Assembly (NCBI GenBank): GCA_963514005.1
Contig: OY740821.1
Coordinates: 14,384,001 to 14,448,000, forward strand
Length of the DNA: 64,000 nt
Source of the DNA: Raja brachyura
Taxonomy: Eukaryota
Direction: 5' to 3'
Below are positions 38,134 through 51,815 of this stretch, in pieces. Made by a program: the position numbers and the translations under genes. The notes under the pieces are model-generated. The model ran no database searches. It saw only the letters and a program-made list of their open reading frames with translations, and was not told the DNA's origin. Position 1 is the stretch's first letter. Each line of letters opens with the position of its first letter.

Positions 38134-38339
38134 TGCCCCTGTCCCACTTAGGAAACCTGAACGGAAACCTCTGGAGACTTTGCGCCCCACCCAAGGTTTC
38201 CGAGCGGTGCCCGGAGGTTTTTGTCCATCTCCCTAATGGTCGAAACTGACAAAAACCTCCGGGAACCGCACGGAAACCTTGGGTGGGGCACAAAGTCTCC
38301 AGAGGTTTCCGTTCAGGTTTCCTAAGTGGGACAGGGGCA
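38134..38339. mobile_element. Second, internally deleted copy of the same MITE, inserted in a Penelope pLTR
   Basis: Almost entirely palindromic, with the same TIRs and TAT/TAA flanks. Confidence 0.8.
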
Positions 38340-38342
38340 TAA

Positions 38343-38790
38343 ATCTGCATCTCCGGGGAATATGGATAGGTGATGTTTCGGGGCAGAACCCTTTTTCAGA
38401 TGTATTGTGGTGGGGTGAGGGGGGGGTGGGGGGAGAAAGCTGAAAGAAATGAGAGACAGACAAAGCCTGGCAAGTGATAGGTGGATATAGGTGAGGGTTT
38501 TTATTGGATAGGTGAAAGATTGAACAAAGTCGGATATGAAGGGACAGAAGGTGTGAGTTAAGGACAGAAGAGTTGTCAATTGTGAAACCAGAGGAAGGAA
38601 TGTAGGTGGGAGGGGGAGGAGAGAAATGGGTGCAAATCCAGGTAGGGCGCAGGGAAGAGAAGGGGGGGGGGGGGGGGTAGCTAAAATTGGAGAATTCAAT
38701 GTTCATAATATTGGGTTGTAAGCTACCTATGTGGAATATGAGGTGCGGTTCCTCCAGTGTGTGAGGCCTCGCTCTGGCAATGTTCAGGGG
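38343..38790 (-). mobile_element. Penelope-like 3' end (GIY-YIG C-terminus, 3' UTR, pLTR)
   Basis: LEEPHLIFHIGSLQPNIMNIEFSNF, then a pyrimidine-rich UTR, then the CTGAAAAAGGGTTCTGCCCCGAAACATC pLTR motif. Confidence 0.8.
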
Positions 38791-40722
38791 GTCAAGCAGC
38801 ATCTGATCAGGAAATGGACAGGCGATGTTTCAGATTGGGACCCTTCTTCAGACTAAAGAAGATTCCCTCAGTGTGAAGGCAGAGCCCTGGCTCGAAATGT
38901 TGTTTGTCCATTTCCCCCCCACAGATGCTGTCAGTCAGACCCACCGAGTCTCTCCAGTATTTCAGTTTTGTTTTTTGCTCAAGATTTCAGCATCTGCAGT
39001 CACTTGTGTCTCCCTTGTATACCACAGAACCTTTTGATGCTTCAAAATGCTATCCTTAATGTACATGTTGGGCTGTGACTAGCAACCAATGATTTAGGGT
39101 TTATCTAATGGCTGACAATCTCGTCAAGCCATCTCCAAATTAGCAGATGGGTAACAAATACAAGTGAAACTAGGATTGTGATACGAGAGGCCAGACTCCC
39201 AGAGGATGTGAGCTGCATCTGGCTCACAGGCTACAGATGCAGCTCACAGCTTCCTCCTGGAAATAATCAGCTACTATTTTAGTGCAAGTTCATTTGCTGA
39301 GGTCAATTGCAATTTATTTTTTAAAGGGAAATGGGAAAACCCTGGAAAGCTGGAATAAAGCCAAAATGCTGGAGATACGGCAGGTCAGGCAAGATGTGCG
39401 AAGAGATTCAGCTTAAGGCCAAAAGCATTCACATAAAAGTCTTTGCTGGATAATTAACAGAGGGCTGATTTTAGAGATTGAGTTTGCATTCCATGTTGAC
39501 GTTACATATAAATGCAGCATTTTCTAATCTATGCTTAACTGAGACAAAACAAATGGTACCTGCACCACCACATTTTGTGATAGGAGATATTTGTCCAAGA
39601 ATAAAATGTAATTTGATTTCATCAAATCCAGTGCCGACAGCTTCCAATGAAATCAGATCAAGATACAGCCCCACCCAGAGTACAATTCGACACACCCATT
39701 CCATATTTTAATAGTGCACCCACTTCATTTTGTAACAATCCTTCCTCATGATTTGGCTGCATCCATCCCATCCTTTGCACTTGATACACCACAAGCCTCG
39801 TCACATGAATAACGATCTCACAGTGAAGCACTGAGAGCTGATGAAATATCAATTCTGCGGTTGGCAAATGGGATTAGACAGCAAGGCGAAGGCTTAAATA
39901 TGAGAGTGTGCATTGAAGCGGTTTTGGACATTAGGATATCGTTTTATGTTCTGCAATTCTGCATTCCCAAGGCTCATTTTTTATTCACAGTACCTGGAAG
40001 GTACCAGGGGAGTGGTGGAAGCAGATACCATAGTGGCTTTTAAGAGGCTTTGAATATGCAGGGACTGGAGGGACATGGTCCATGTGCAGGCACAAGGGAT
40101 TAGTTTAATTTGACATCAATGATCTACATTGGTCCACTGAAGTAACCATGGCACAGGGATGCAAGCAGAAGCCTCCACGTGGCGCATCCCGGGCAATGCT
40201 GACGACAGGAACTGTACCGCAGTGACTGACTGAAGTGGCCAATTCTGCAACCACCGACCGTCAACCGTCACTGAGCGACCGGAAGGACGTGATATAGAAG
40301 ATGGCCGTTCACGAGGAAGAAGACGGTGGCACAACCCCGTTCTAAGGCATGAGGAAGAGTAATACCACGGTACATTGGGCACTTCCTGGAGCAATGTTTT
40401 GGTGGCCACGGGGCTGAGGTTTGCCAATTTATGTCATCCTAATCAGATTGTCACAACTTCCAGCAGACTTTGATTGGGTCCGTTTTGGAGGTGAAATGAG
40501 CGCTCAAACTCCCTAATACCCGTCGGCCCCAGGAAAGTTAGAGATGCCATCGCTCAACAAGGGTGATGTGAATCAGGTTCCCTAATTCACTCTGCAAGCA
40601 TCTGGGTTGAGATGGTAAACCACAACTGACCAAGCCATATTAGGTTAAAGTCTGGGTTGCGAAACAAATTATGCAAACCAGGCCCGACTTTAGCAAAAGG
40701 TTAACATGAAACCTTGATTTAC

Positions 40723-40832
40723 CTGTTCCATCACTTCAGGGGCCATCCAGCACGGAGTTCCCACAAAGGTTTTACGCACTTTATTTCTGGTCATATCCCC
40801 ACCACCAGCCAGAAAGGCACTAACGCCAAAAT
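40723..40832 (-). CDS. Kinase exon 6 ([37 protein letters not shown])
   Basis: 110 nt. Contains DFG, the activation loop with the WNK-target Thr (KTFVGT) and APE. Confidence 0.97.
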
Positions 40833-42167
40833 CTAGCAAAGGAAGAAGCCAACTGTTACACAGTTCTCTGGGAAAGAAAAACCTTGACATCAGTAACATT
40901 GCCGTGGGGCACTGAAGCACAATGTGGGCTATCAGCCGCCAGTGTAGCTTCAGGCAATGAATGCACGGGTGAGTCAGCTGGGGAAGGTATACAGACTCGC
41001 AGCCACTCGATTCCTCCTCCACATCCATACCTAGTGATGAAAGGGTTGGTATTAAAGTCTGCCTTTGTTGCAGTGACATTACGTCAGGGGACACAAAAAT
41101 ATAGATTAAACATTATGGAGTACAAGCTACGCTCATCCAGAACTCTGCCTCCTCAGTGTCATTCATCCATCATTCCTGTGGTTACCGGCACTGGCTCCCA
41201 GTCCAGCAACATCTCAGATTTAAAGATCATGTCTTGCAGTTCAAATCTCATGACTGCTTGATCCACACCCTCTTCTAGCCCTGCAATGCTCCGGGTCTGT
41301 GTTCCTGGAAAGCCGACCCCCCCATCACTCCCCACTTCCTTGAACATACATACTGCCTTCAGTTCCCTGCGTTCCAGAATTTCCTCCTTAAATCGCCCTG
41401 CCTCTTTTACCCCCCCCCCTCCTTTAAGAGGCCCTGTAAAACCTGTCTTTGACAGATAATTTGGTCTCCTGTATCATTGTTTTTTTGTCCAATAACATTC
41501 CTTCGAAATGCCTAGAGATATGTTTGCTGTGTTAAAGCTACAAATCCAAGTGTTGCTTCATAAACTCAGTCTCCAAAGGACACTTTTGTAACAACATTCT
41601 CTGCCTTCCTTTCCCTGAAAGTACTGGCTATTGCTTTAATAGAATTCAGTGGAGACTGGGTAGTGAACAAGTACTAGCACTCCAACAAGTAAACATGTTT
41701 TATACAATGCCGTAAATAGGCAACAGCAAATTGGCAGCTCATTTGTGCTTCTTTGGAAAAAAACGTGGGCAAAGATATAACATCAGCTATCACTTACTTG
41801 ACATTATTGTGCACTCAAAACAGTCCCCACTACTCAGATAGCAAATGCACTGATTGCTTTAACCTTTCAGTTTATTACTGAGATTAGATTATAGAGGAAC
41901 TGTGAGTTCAGCTCGAGGGTAGAGCCAGCAATAGAATCAATTCTCACAAAGCCGAGACCACTGCAGACTTTGGGGTCTGCGTCGCCATTACTCACTTTAC
42001 CTCCCGGTCACAATTGGAGATGCTGGGATGTTAAAAATAATCACGTTTGTTTTCTGTTCTAGTAATAATCTACACTGGCCTCATGCATTTAATTTGTAAG
42101 CAAAGTACATTAAGGACATTATTTGGAGTTAATTTATAATAGTGACATTAGCATCTGCTCAACCTAC

Positions 42168-42223
42168 CTGCAATTTGTATAGATCCATCGTCTCCAAATA
42201 GAATATTACCGGCTTTAACGTCC
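42168..42223 (-). CDS. Kinase exon 5 (DVKAGNILFGDDGSIQIA)
   Basis: 56 nt, AG/GT boundaries, catalytic loop. Confidence 0.95.
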
Positions 42224-42635
42224 CTGAAAATAATACAGATATTAAAAAACAATCAGGATTGACTGATGAGTTGTCAGGCCTTGTGTCCCTTTGCTTGTCC
42301 ACTGCCTCAGTCACCCTTCCCTTGTTGGTTGTGGCTGATGAACCGCTCTATTTAAGAGGTTGTGCTGATCAACCTTTAAACAAAGGAGGACACAGCCAAA
42401 GAACTGACTAGTTTGCGGTCGAATTGGACGTGCCGTGGTCCCCGGGCCAGTGGGTTGTTGAGACTCCGAGCCAGAAAATCTACGCTGGCACTCAGTGTAG
42501 CATCCTGCCTTCAGATGAGATATTAAACCAAGGCCCCATGTGCTCTCCCATCGCAAATCGATAATATGCCTGGGTTCCTGACCAAGATTATAGCCTGACC
42601 CACTGAGTTCCTCCAGCCATTTGCTTTCTGCTCAT

Positions 42636-42726
42636 GGTCACAGGGAGGACGAGCAAACTCCACACAGACAGCACCGGAGGTTGGGATTGAATCGGAGTAT
42701 CTGGAGCTGTGAGACTGCACCGCCAT
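42636..42726 (-). mobile_element. SINE head fragment
   Basis: GGTCACAGGGAG...CAAACTCCACACAGACAGCACC motif shared with the other copies. Confidence 0.6.
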
Positions 42727-43210
42727 GCTGTCTCCTCTACAGGAGCAACTGGACGGTACTTCAATAAAAGGATTGATTGAACTCCCAGATTGGTTGGCCC
42801 TTTGATCCTTTGATCCTGCTCTGTTATTTAGTAAGATTACGGCTGCCCTGGTTGTAACCTCAACTCCTCATTCCCGTCTACCCCCCAGTAACTTTCTCTA
42901 CTTGCTCATCAATAATCAACTTCCCTATTCCTTAAAACCATTCATTAAGACTGCTTCCACCACCCTTTGAGGAACAGTGCTCCAATTGACCTCACCTCTG
43001 TCATAAATGTGTGACCACTCATATTTAAACAGTGATCCTTAGTTCCAGATTCACCCACAAGAGGAAACATCCTCTCCACAAATAACCTGTCAAGACCCTC
43101 AGGGTCCTATCTGCAGCATCCTATTAAGGACATTTTCTTGTTTGATAAACAGGTAAATTGCTTTGGATTGTGACTCGGTACGAGTTCGGAGCAAAGGCTT
43201 AAAGGTTCAC

Positions 43211-43352
43211 CTGTGTATCTGTCCATTCCTATGCAGATAATCCAAGCCTTCCAGCACCTCTTTGAGAACGGTTGCGATCACTGGTTCATCCAGCACGCCA
43301 GTCCTGTGTTCATTTCTGCTCACTGTCTTCCTGATTATATCCAGCATAGAGC
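43211..43352 (-). CDS. Kinase exon 4 ([48 protein letters not shown])
   Basis: 142 nt, AG/GT boundaries, start of the HRD motif. Confidence 0.96.
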
Positions 43353-43554
43353 CTGAAAGGGAAGCAAAGGACTGTCCACCTTGCATCCAAGCAGAAGGCT
43401 TGCACTCTCTTTTTACTATTACACCATGCACCCCCATCTCTCACCTTCTTTGTTCCTGCTCTTCCCCAATACTGATGAGATAAAAGACTAGCGTAGTTGT
43501 TGATATTGTAGATGGGAGTCTTAAGCTGCAGCGTGATATTTTTAACGTGGGGAT

Positions 43555-44200
43555 TGGCAGATTCTTGATTAGTACGGGTGTCGGGGGTTATGAGGAGAAG
43601 GCAGGAGAATGGGGTTGAGAGGGAAAGATAGATAAGCCACGATTGAATGGCAGAGTAGACTCGATGGGCCGAATGGTCTAATTCTGCTCCTACAACTTAT
43701 GAATATGTCAATGTGTTGGTGTAATGGGCAGAGAGATGGCAGGTGGAGTTTGATCCTGATAAATGAGAGCTGAGGGAGCATTTTGGGAGTTGTATGGAGG
43801 CCATGAATGGTTGGGTCCCAGGGGGTATTGCAGAACAGAGCGACTTTTGTGTACACGTCCATAGATCTTTGAAGGAGACAGCACAGCTAGGTAAGGTGGT
43901 TAAGAAGACATGTGGAATGATGGCCTTCTTTAGTTGGGGCATTGAATAAAAGAGCAGAGAGGTTATTCTCCAACTGTATAAAACAATAGTTAAACATCAG
44001 CTGGAGTGTTCACTGCACTTGAAGAAAGAGGGTGCAGAGGAGATTCACTAGGATGTTGCCTGCGATGGTGTTTCAGTTATGAGGAGAGACTGGAAAGATT
44101 GAGTCTGTTTTTCCTGAGGAAGTCAAGAGGAGAGATGATGGCGGTATATAAGATTGAGGGGTATAGACAGAGCAGACTGCAGGAAACCTCTCCCCACAGG
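43555..44200 (+). mobile_element. Two CR1 fragments (a 3' tail, then a decayed RT segment)
   Basis: GATGGGCCGAATGGTCTAATTCTGCTCCT tail, then decayed RT (GGCAGGTGGAGTTTGATCCTGATAAATG...YEERLERLSLF). Confidence 0.65.
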
Positions 44201-44388
44201 ACCAGAAAACCGGGTTCAATCCTGACCACGGGCTCTGTCAGTGTGGAGTTTCCATGTTCTCACTGTGACCGCATGGGTTTCCTCCGGGTTCTCCAGTTTC
44301 CTCCCACATCCCAAAGACATGCGGGTTTGAAGATTAACTGGTCTCTGTAAATTGCCTCTAGTGTGTAGTGTGTGGATGAAAAAGTGGG
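44200..44388 (+). mobile_element. tRNA-derived SINE (partial)
   Basis: B box GGTTCAATCC plus the V-domain-like segment. Confidence 0.7.
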
Positions 44389-45995
44389 TCTGAAGAATGG
44401 TCTCCATCCCAATCATCACCTATTCCTTCTCTCCAGAGATGCTGCCTGACCCGCTGAGTTAATCCAGCTTTTTGTGTCTATCTTCAGCGTAAGCCAGCAC
44501 CCGCAGTCCCTTCCTACACTCCTATTCACTGTCTTACACTTGCTCTCCTTTCAACCCAACCAGCCTTACACTATCGCCTCATTCTGCAGTACCTCCTCCC
44601 CCAACCTCTCCCACCGAAACATTGTCTGCACTTTAAAAAAAAAGAAACTGAGCAATTAGCACTGGCCAAGACTACATTCTCAAACAAAAAACGCTGTTTA
44701 GAATCAGGCAGGCTCTTTTTGTGGTGCAAGAAACAGATTTGAGCTACTGGCAGAACCGCTTTTGGCTAATCTGTTGGGGTTGTGTCTCAACAAGCAGCAG
44801 ATGCTCCTGGAATCTTGCCCAGATGCCAAGCCTTCTAAATGCGAACAGGAGACAGAGTCAAGGGTTGGGTTTTTTTCTCATTATTATTTTGTTTTTCAGT
44901 TTCTGGTTGTCGTTTGCAATTACCATTTTTAGAATACATAATTACCATTACATACCCAGACATCTTAAACCACGCCTCTAGAATTCAGCTTTTTGGACCA
45001 TGTTTGGAACAATGCGGTGGTCTGAAGTTTGAGTGGTCCAGATGATACCCAAACTTGGCTTGGTGAAGAGGTTATTGGTGAGTACGCTCTACAGAATAGC
45101 AGTGTCAATGATACCTCCATCACAGTGCTGATGACTGACAGAAGACTGATTCTAGCGAATTACTGCCCATTGTACATCCTACATCTGGGCAACGGGACAC
45201 CCTGGGCAATGTTCCAGATTGTAGGGTAGATGCCAGTGTTGCGATTGTACTGGAACAGCTTGGTTAGAGGCACAACTAGTTCAAGCGTTCAGGCCCTCAG
45301 TGCTGCAGATGCGAGGTTGCCTCAACCTTTAACCTTTGCTGCATCCAGTGCTGATAGGATACGAATGTTGCTCTGACCGACCATACACACACACACACAC
45401 GCACGCAGCCTCGAGCAGGTATCACTGGATACTCGACACAAATTGGGAGCAAGGAACCTTGCTGAGGCTGTGCATTCCCTCCCTATCTGTGGAACTCAGC
45501 TAGCTCTTCGTAGATATCAGACAAACCTGGGACCTCCCTTTCCTGTAACTCTCAAGAGAACACTCAGTAGTTGCTCACTCAGCCATGGAGGGAAAGGAGA
45601 CCAATCTTGTTGGTGTTTTGCTCCAGATTAATACCATCTTAAATTTCCCTGATACATGAATAATCTTTAATGCTTGCCCACACTTCACCAAACTCTCTGA
45701 TGCAATGTGGCGGTCACGGGTCAGGTTATTGACAGCAGTTATAGTGTCAGGTGCTGCAGTTGCAGGGAGACGAACAGCAGATATTGTTAAAGAGAGTACA
45801 AGCCTCTCATTGTAAACAGCACAACAGCAATGGCCATTTTCATTGCTTTAGGAAGAGTTTGTGCATTACATCCTATTGAACAAATTCACCTTGGGAGGTC
45901 ACACATCAAACTCACTTCAAGGGGCAAGGAATTTGCTTAGAGTATAAACTGGCCACTGAGTCAATTCTGGCCATCTTCCATTTGTCCCAACTTCA

Positions 45996-46761
<766 letters not shown>

Positions 46762-46806
46762 CCATTTCAGGTTGACACCCTTCAGTCTGAAGAAGGGTCC
46801 CGACCC

Positions 46807-47132
46807 AAAACATCACCTATCCATGTTCTCCACAGATGCTGCCTGACCCGCTGAGTTACTCCAGCACTCTGTGAAACGTCACCTATCCATGTTCTCCACA
46901 GATGCTGCCTGACCCGCTGAGTTACTCCAGCACTCTGTGAAACGTCACCTATCCATGTTCTCCACAGATGCTGCCTGACCCGCTGAGTTACTCCAGCACT
47001 CTGTGAAACGTCACCTATCCATGTTCTCCACAGATGCTGCCTGACCCGCAGAGTTACTCCAGCACTCTGTGAAACGTCACCTATCCATGTTCTCCACAGA
47101 TGCTGCCTGACCCGCTGAGTTACTCCAACACT
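46807..47132 (+). repeat. Tandem array of five 66-bp units derived from the pLTR
   Basis: Units start at 46807, 46873, 46939, 47005 and 47071: GAAACGTCACCTATCCATGTTCTCCACAGATGCTGCCTGACCCGCTGAGTTACTCCAGCACTCTGT. Confidence 0.95.
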
Positions 47133-47674
47133 TTATGTCTTTTTCGGGGGAGAACATATATTAGGAGGACAAGGTGAACCTGGCTGTGAAACTTTTGGCC
47201 TAATCTACACGCAGTGTCTGGACTCGTTTAGTAAACAGCAACCACTCGATCGAGGCTGCAGAAAGCAGCTGCTGGCTGTGGTCCTCTGCCAGTTAGGCAC
47301 AAGGCCTGCTGCCCTGACACTGAGCTCCAGTTTGTAAAGATTTACCGGCCCGACTCAAAATGACAAGCAGCTTAAAATATGGAGCGGCATTGTTCTGTTT
47401 TGTTTCAATAAGTTTGCATGATGTATGCACAGCACGTACTCTGAAGGGGTTGAATTTGCAAATTCACAGTCCTGGACCTCAGTCAATAAATATCAAAAGA
47501 CAGCGCCGTCCTGAAGAACTTGCTTTCTTTGGAAAATGACGGCATCTGAATTGCTGATGAGCACACTTAACAGGTGAGACCACCTTCCTACCACCACCAC
47601 AAGCTCAAAATACTGTCTATATCCGAATATTGAGCACAGGGAAGACCCATGAAGCCCATCAGGAGATTTTGTGC

Positions 47675-47825
47675 AGGAAGGAACTGCAGATGCTGGTTTA
47701 AACCGAAGATAACACAAAAAGCTGGAGTAACTCAGCGGGCCAAGCAGCATCTCTAGTGAAAATTAATAGGTGACGTTTCGGGTCGAGACCCTTCTTCAGA
47801 CTGAGAGTCAAGGGAAAGGAAACAA
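47675..47825 (-). mobile_element. pLTR-derived element with an intact minimal hammerhead motif
   Basis: The reverse complement of 47770-47803 contains GTCTGAAGAAGGGTCTCGACCCGAAACGTCAC. Confidence 0.75.
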
Positions 47826-48169
47826 ACAGTGTCCACAACAGCTACTCAGCCTCTCAGCATCAGCGCTCAATCTGTCTAGAACTGTATGGAGGTGCCTGTT
47901 GGACCCATTGAACAATCGTTTTCATCCATTATTCTACCCCCATTTGTATAATGTCCAATCTCACATGTCGCAATGTAATTTCTAACTTCATGTGGCTAAC
48001 AAATCCAATGATAAAGCTTAAATCTGCTGCTCACAGTAGCTTGTGGGCAGCGGTGAACAAATAGAGATCAGGTACTTGCCACGTGGGTTTTTGGGCAGAC
48101 ACGGATTTGCCGCATAGAGGTTGGCAACTGGCAAAAACAGCCCCCGATGGGACCGGGGCTTCAACTCAC

Positions 48170-48282
48170 CAGCAGCTCATCCATGCTCGTATTGCATTTC
48201 TCCAGGTTTATTCTCTTTATCGCCACCCGCTCATTTTTGGGTTTGCAGAGAGCCGCCTGTACCACGGCAGTCGCCCCGCAGC
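48170..48282 (-). CDS. Kinase exon 2 ([38 protein letters not shown])
   Basis: 113 nt, AG/GT boundaries. Encodes the Gly loop and the VAIK catalytic lysine. Confidence 0.96.
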
Positions 48283-50416
48283 CTGCAGTGAGAGAAGAAA
48301 AACCCGCAAATAGCAATCACAAGCGGCAAAGCACTCTCACCCAAGCAGCAAACCGCTCTCACCTTTACAACGGAGCGGTAGCAAAACTCCTTCCACGCCA
48401 ACTCCTGACATGTTTCCAGCTCAAGTGTTCAGTCTGAGCCAGTCGTGTAGTGTTGGAGCTGACCCATGCTGGTGGTCTCACCACAGAAATGGGCTACCAG
48501 ACAGGTCTCTAAGTATTTAAAGTTCCGACATTGCAGCGGTTGCAAGGTAATCCATTTATAGCAACGTACATCACACAAAGCGGAGACATCATTCTCACTC
48601 CCTCTTTCCCTCTCACAGACAAACACTATTTTTTTGGAACAGTTATTATGCAGCATGGTCCAGGTTCAACTATTCCGATATACTTACATCCTCTCTGCCA
48701 TTTTCTTAACAGGGAGAGCGGGAGAATGGAGAAACAACTGGCTTATGGTGCTCCCTGATGCAGCTTATAACCTCCCTTATAATGGTTATTACTGATGAAG
48801 AGGCTATGACCGTCTGCAGACCACAAATTTAAACAGAGCACAAACAAATCGGTACAGATGCCACTTCTGCACCCTTGGAGTGCCTGTGGTACAAACACAT
48901 CTAGCGCAACACTGGTGCTCATTCACCAACAGATGACACCTCACCAAATCACACTAACGCCTTTTACACCAACTCTTATCCTGGACTGTTCTCGCCACGT
49001 CCATCTCTAAAGATCCACATCCCTCAATGCCCATCCACCCACCCGGCTGGCATCCTTTGTCTTCATGCTCATTGACACCATCAACACTTTCTCCGCGTGG
49101 CTGCCCCCCGTCCTCAGGGGTCTGGGCCACCCAGGGGTCATTACCACCCATATCCACATTATGCCTTCCCCACAACAGCATACCTTCCTTGGCCAACATC
49201 ACCACCATCCCATGAATGTGGCAAGGACAGAGTCACACAATCATACAGCACGGAAACAGGCCTTTCAGCCCAATTCGTCCATGCCAACCAAGATGCCCCA
49301 TGCAAGCATTTTCCTCCGCCTCGCCCGTATCCCCGAGATCCATGGGACAGTCCCTACATATATTGCTCTAACGTTGTGCTCCAAACATGTTGCATAATGC
49401 CTGCAACACAAGTATAATGTTCACTGTCCATGTTCATCAACACAGATGTTTGTCAAAAACCGATGCAGCAGATACTTTTTCTTAAAGAAACCGTATTCTC
49501 AGTAAATACCCATTCCGTGGTCACATCTTAGAAATGCTTTATCTTTGGAAAATAAATATTGAGTTGTGTAGCTGGTTAGTAGCATGTTTGACGAGTGAAT
49601 TGACGAGATGCAAATGATGTAACTGACACTAACTGGACAGAACGCTAGTGCTTAGTGGTCATGCATCATGGAATCAGAATGAACTGTTGGTTAGTTTTGA
49701 AATGAAGAGTAAGTAAATATTGAGGCTCCTTTACAAAGTGTGAAGTGTTTTGTTACACATCGCTGCAGGCGCTTCTTCCATAGTTAACTCCCCATCAGCA
49801 CTGGTGCCTCTGAGCTCCCCTGTCATGGAAGAGGAAGGGGAAGTCAATAAGGAGAACCTTCACCCAACAGCAAAAGCACAGCCAAGAGAGTGCATCACAC
49901 CTTTGAGGATCCTCCACAGGGCCACCTCAGGAAACAGCCAAGTCAATGGTCTGTCCATCTGAAACAGATAAAGGGACACTTTAACCACAATGCAGATGGC
50001 CCACAACTGCCTTTTCCAATACCTTGAGCACACAAGTTGCAGATGGTGGCACAAGGACTTGGAGCGAAGGCAATATCCCACCATGCCTTGCATCACACAG
50101 GGCAAGCAAGGATGTCTCACCACATTCATTTGCTCGTCAATTTGCTCAGCCTCGGTAACAACCAGCCAACGATCCTCTCTCTACACAGTGCTCCAATGAG
50201 CTGGCTGAAGCCCAGTCTGGTGGCATCTTTGGGGGCAACTATGAAATCCAGTGGGCTTCACAAGCAACTTGCTTCTGGTGCAAAAGTCTTTTGCAATGAT
50301 GCAACCTGGTTAAACTCTTCAGACAATTCATCATCTTCCCAACCCCATTTCATATGTAGTGTCAATAACAATGGAGTTACTTCCATCAGTACATGAGAAA
50401 TATTATTATTTTACCT

Positions 50417-50706
50417 GGGTGGCACGGTGGTGCAGCGGTAGAGTTGCTGCCTCACAGCACCAGAGACCCGGGATCAATCCTGACCACGGGTGCTGTCTGT
50501 ACGAAGTCTGTATGTTCTCCCCGTGACCTACGTGGGTTTTCTACGGGTGTTTCGGTTTCCTCCCACAATCTAAAGACGTACAGGTTTGTAGTTAATTGGC
50601 TTGGTAAAATTGTAAATTGCCCTAGTGTGTGTAGGATAGTGTTAGTGTATGAGGATCGCTTGTCGGCGCAGACTCAGTGGGCTGAAGGGCCACGCTGTAT
50701 CTCTAA
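50417..50706 (+). mobile_element. Full-length tRNA-derived SINE
   Basis: A box TGGTGCAGCGG, B-box-like GGATCAATCC, central domain, and tail ...CTGTATCTCTAAA. Confidence 0.85.
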
Positions 50707-51547
50707 ACCTTTGTAAACTTTTACGATTTAACATACTTTTCTCACTTCTGAGTCCACAGGCTGTTCCCCTTCAGTCCAGCATGCCCGTTGTCACTCTCAA
50801 AAGCAATTGAGGCATGGTGCAAAGTGGCCCAGTAGTCAGCCCCCTGCAGCAGCAGGCACTCCCTCGTTGACCCAAAGGCAGCAGAGTTCTTCTGACCATG
50901 GCTGAGTGGTGGCCCTCTCTCACTCTGCTGGCAATCAGCATCCACCTGCAGGCTCCGAAGTCTCACCTGAAGTCTCCCAATTGCTGTAAGTGCCACTGCA
51001 AAGTGACAACCAGTCAGGTGGACAACAGTTCCTGCTGATGCTGTTGGTTCTCCACCTGTCTTTAGGAAGGGACGAAAGGATACAGAATCCCTCTATTTGC
51101 CGCAAAGGAAGGGAGTTTCGCAAGTCTTCAATCTTGGCGCTCCAAGGCAGACCGTCACATTTCAGCGGTTCCTTGTTGTTCCTACATTAGTGCCGAAATA
51201 ATCCATTGACCCAGATATGGCACTCACTGCATGTCAATATGGACCAGTCATCAGTATAACCAACGAGATTTCCCCACCAGCCACACTCAGGATCCCTGCA
51301 GTCAAGTGGGTTCTAGTTGCTGATTTGTACGTACCCCCGAGTTTCACTCTAAAGATCGTTGAGGATTCAGGGTCTAACATCCAGGCTGTTACGTTCCCCC
51401 TCATCCACTCTCCCTAAATCTTAAAATGTTTCTGCCCTCCATCCCAGTGCCGACAGTCTTCCACCCACAATGTTGACTATGTTTCTCTTCCCTCAGATGC
51501 CGCCTGACCTGCTGCACGGTTCCCTAATTTTCTGTTTTTATGTTAGA

Positions 51548-51815
51548 TCTTTAGGACCGAGATGAGAAGGACTTTTTTCACACAGAGAGTGGTGGGTCTC
51601 TGGAAATCTCTGCCACAGAGGGTAGTTGAGGCCAGTTCATTGGCTATATTTAAGAGGGAGTTAGATGTGTCCCTTGTGGCTAAGGGGATCAGAGGGTATG
51701 GAGAGAAGGCAGGTACGGGATACTGAGTTGGATGATCAGCCATGATCATATTGAATGGCGGTGCAGGCTCGAAGGGCCGAATGGCCTACTCCTGCACCTA
51801 ATTTCTATGTTTCTA
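51548..51815 (+). mobile_element. Young CR1 3' end
   Basis: Near-identical to the reverse complement of 11124-11390. Confidence 0.85.

Noticed and set aside
46807-47132. Regular repeat array resembling a CRISPR array
   Set aside because: The units are contiguous and identical with no unique spacers, the context is eukaryotic, and the unit derives from the Penelope pLTR.
49870-50290. Possible RTE-type LINE remnant (also decayed L2-like pieces near 41170-41450 and 45050-45350, and a possible LTR-element piece near 40160-40400)
   Set aside because: Too degraded to assign a family or boundaries by eye.
50417-50490. tRNA-like sequence with A and B boxes
   Set aside because: It is the head of a multi-copy SINE and continues into SINE body and tail. 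I see no complete cloverleaf.
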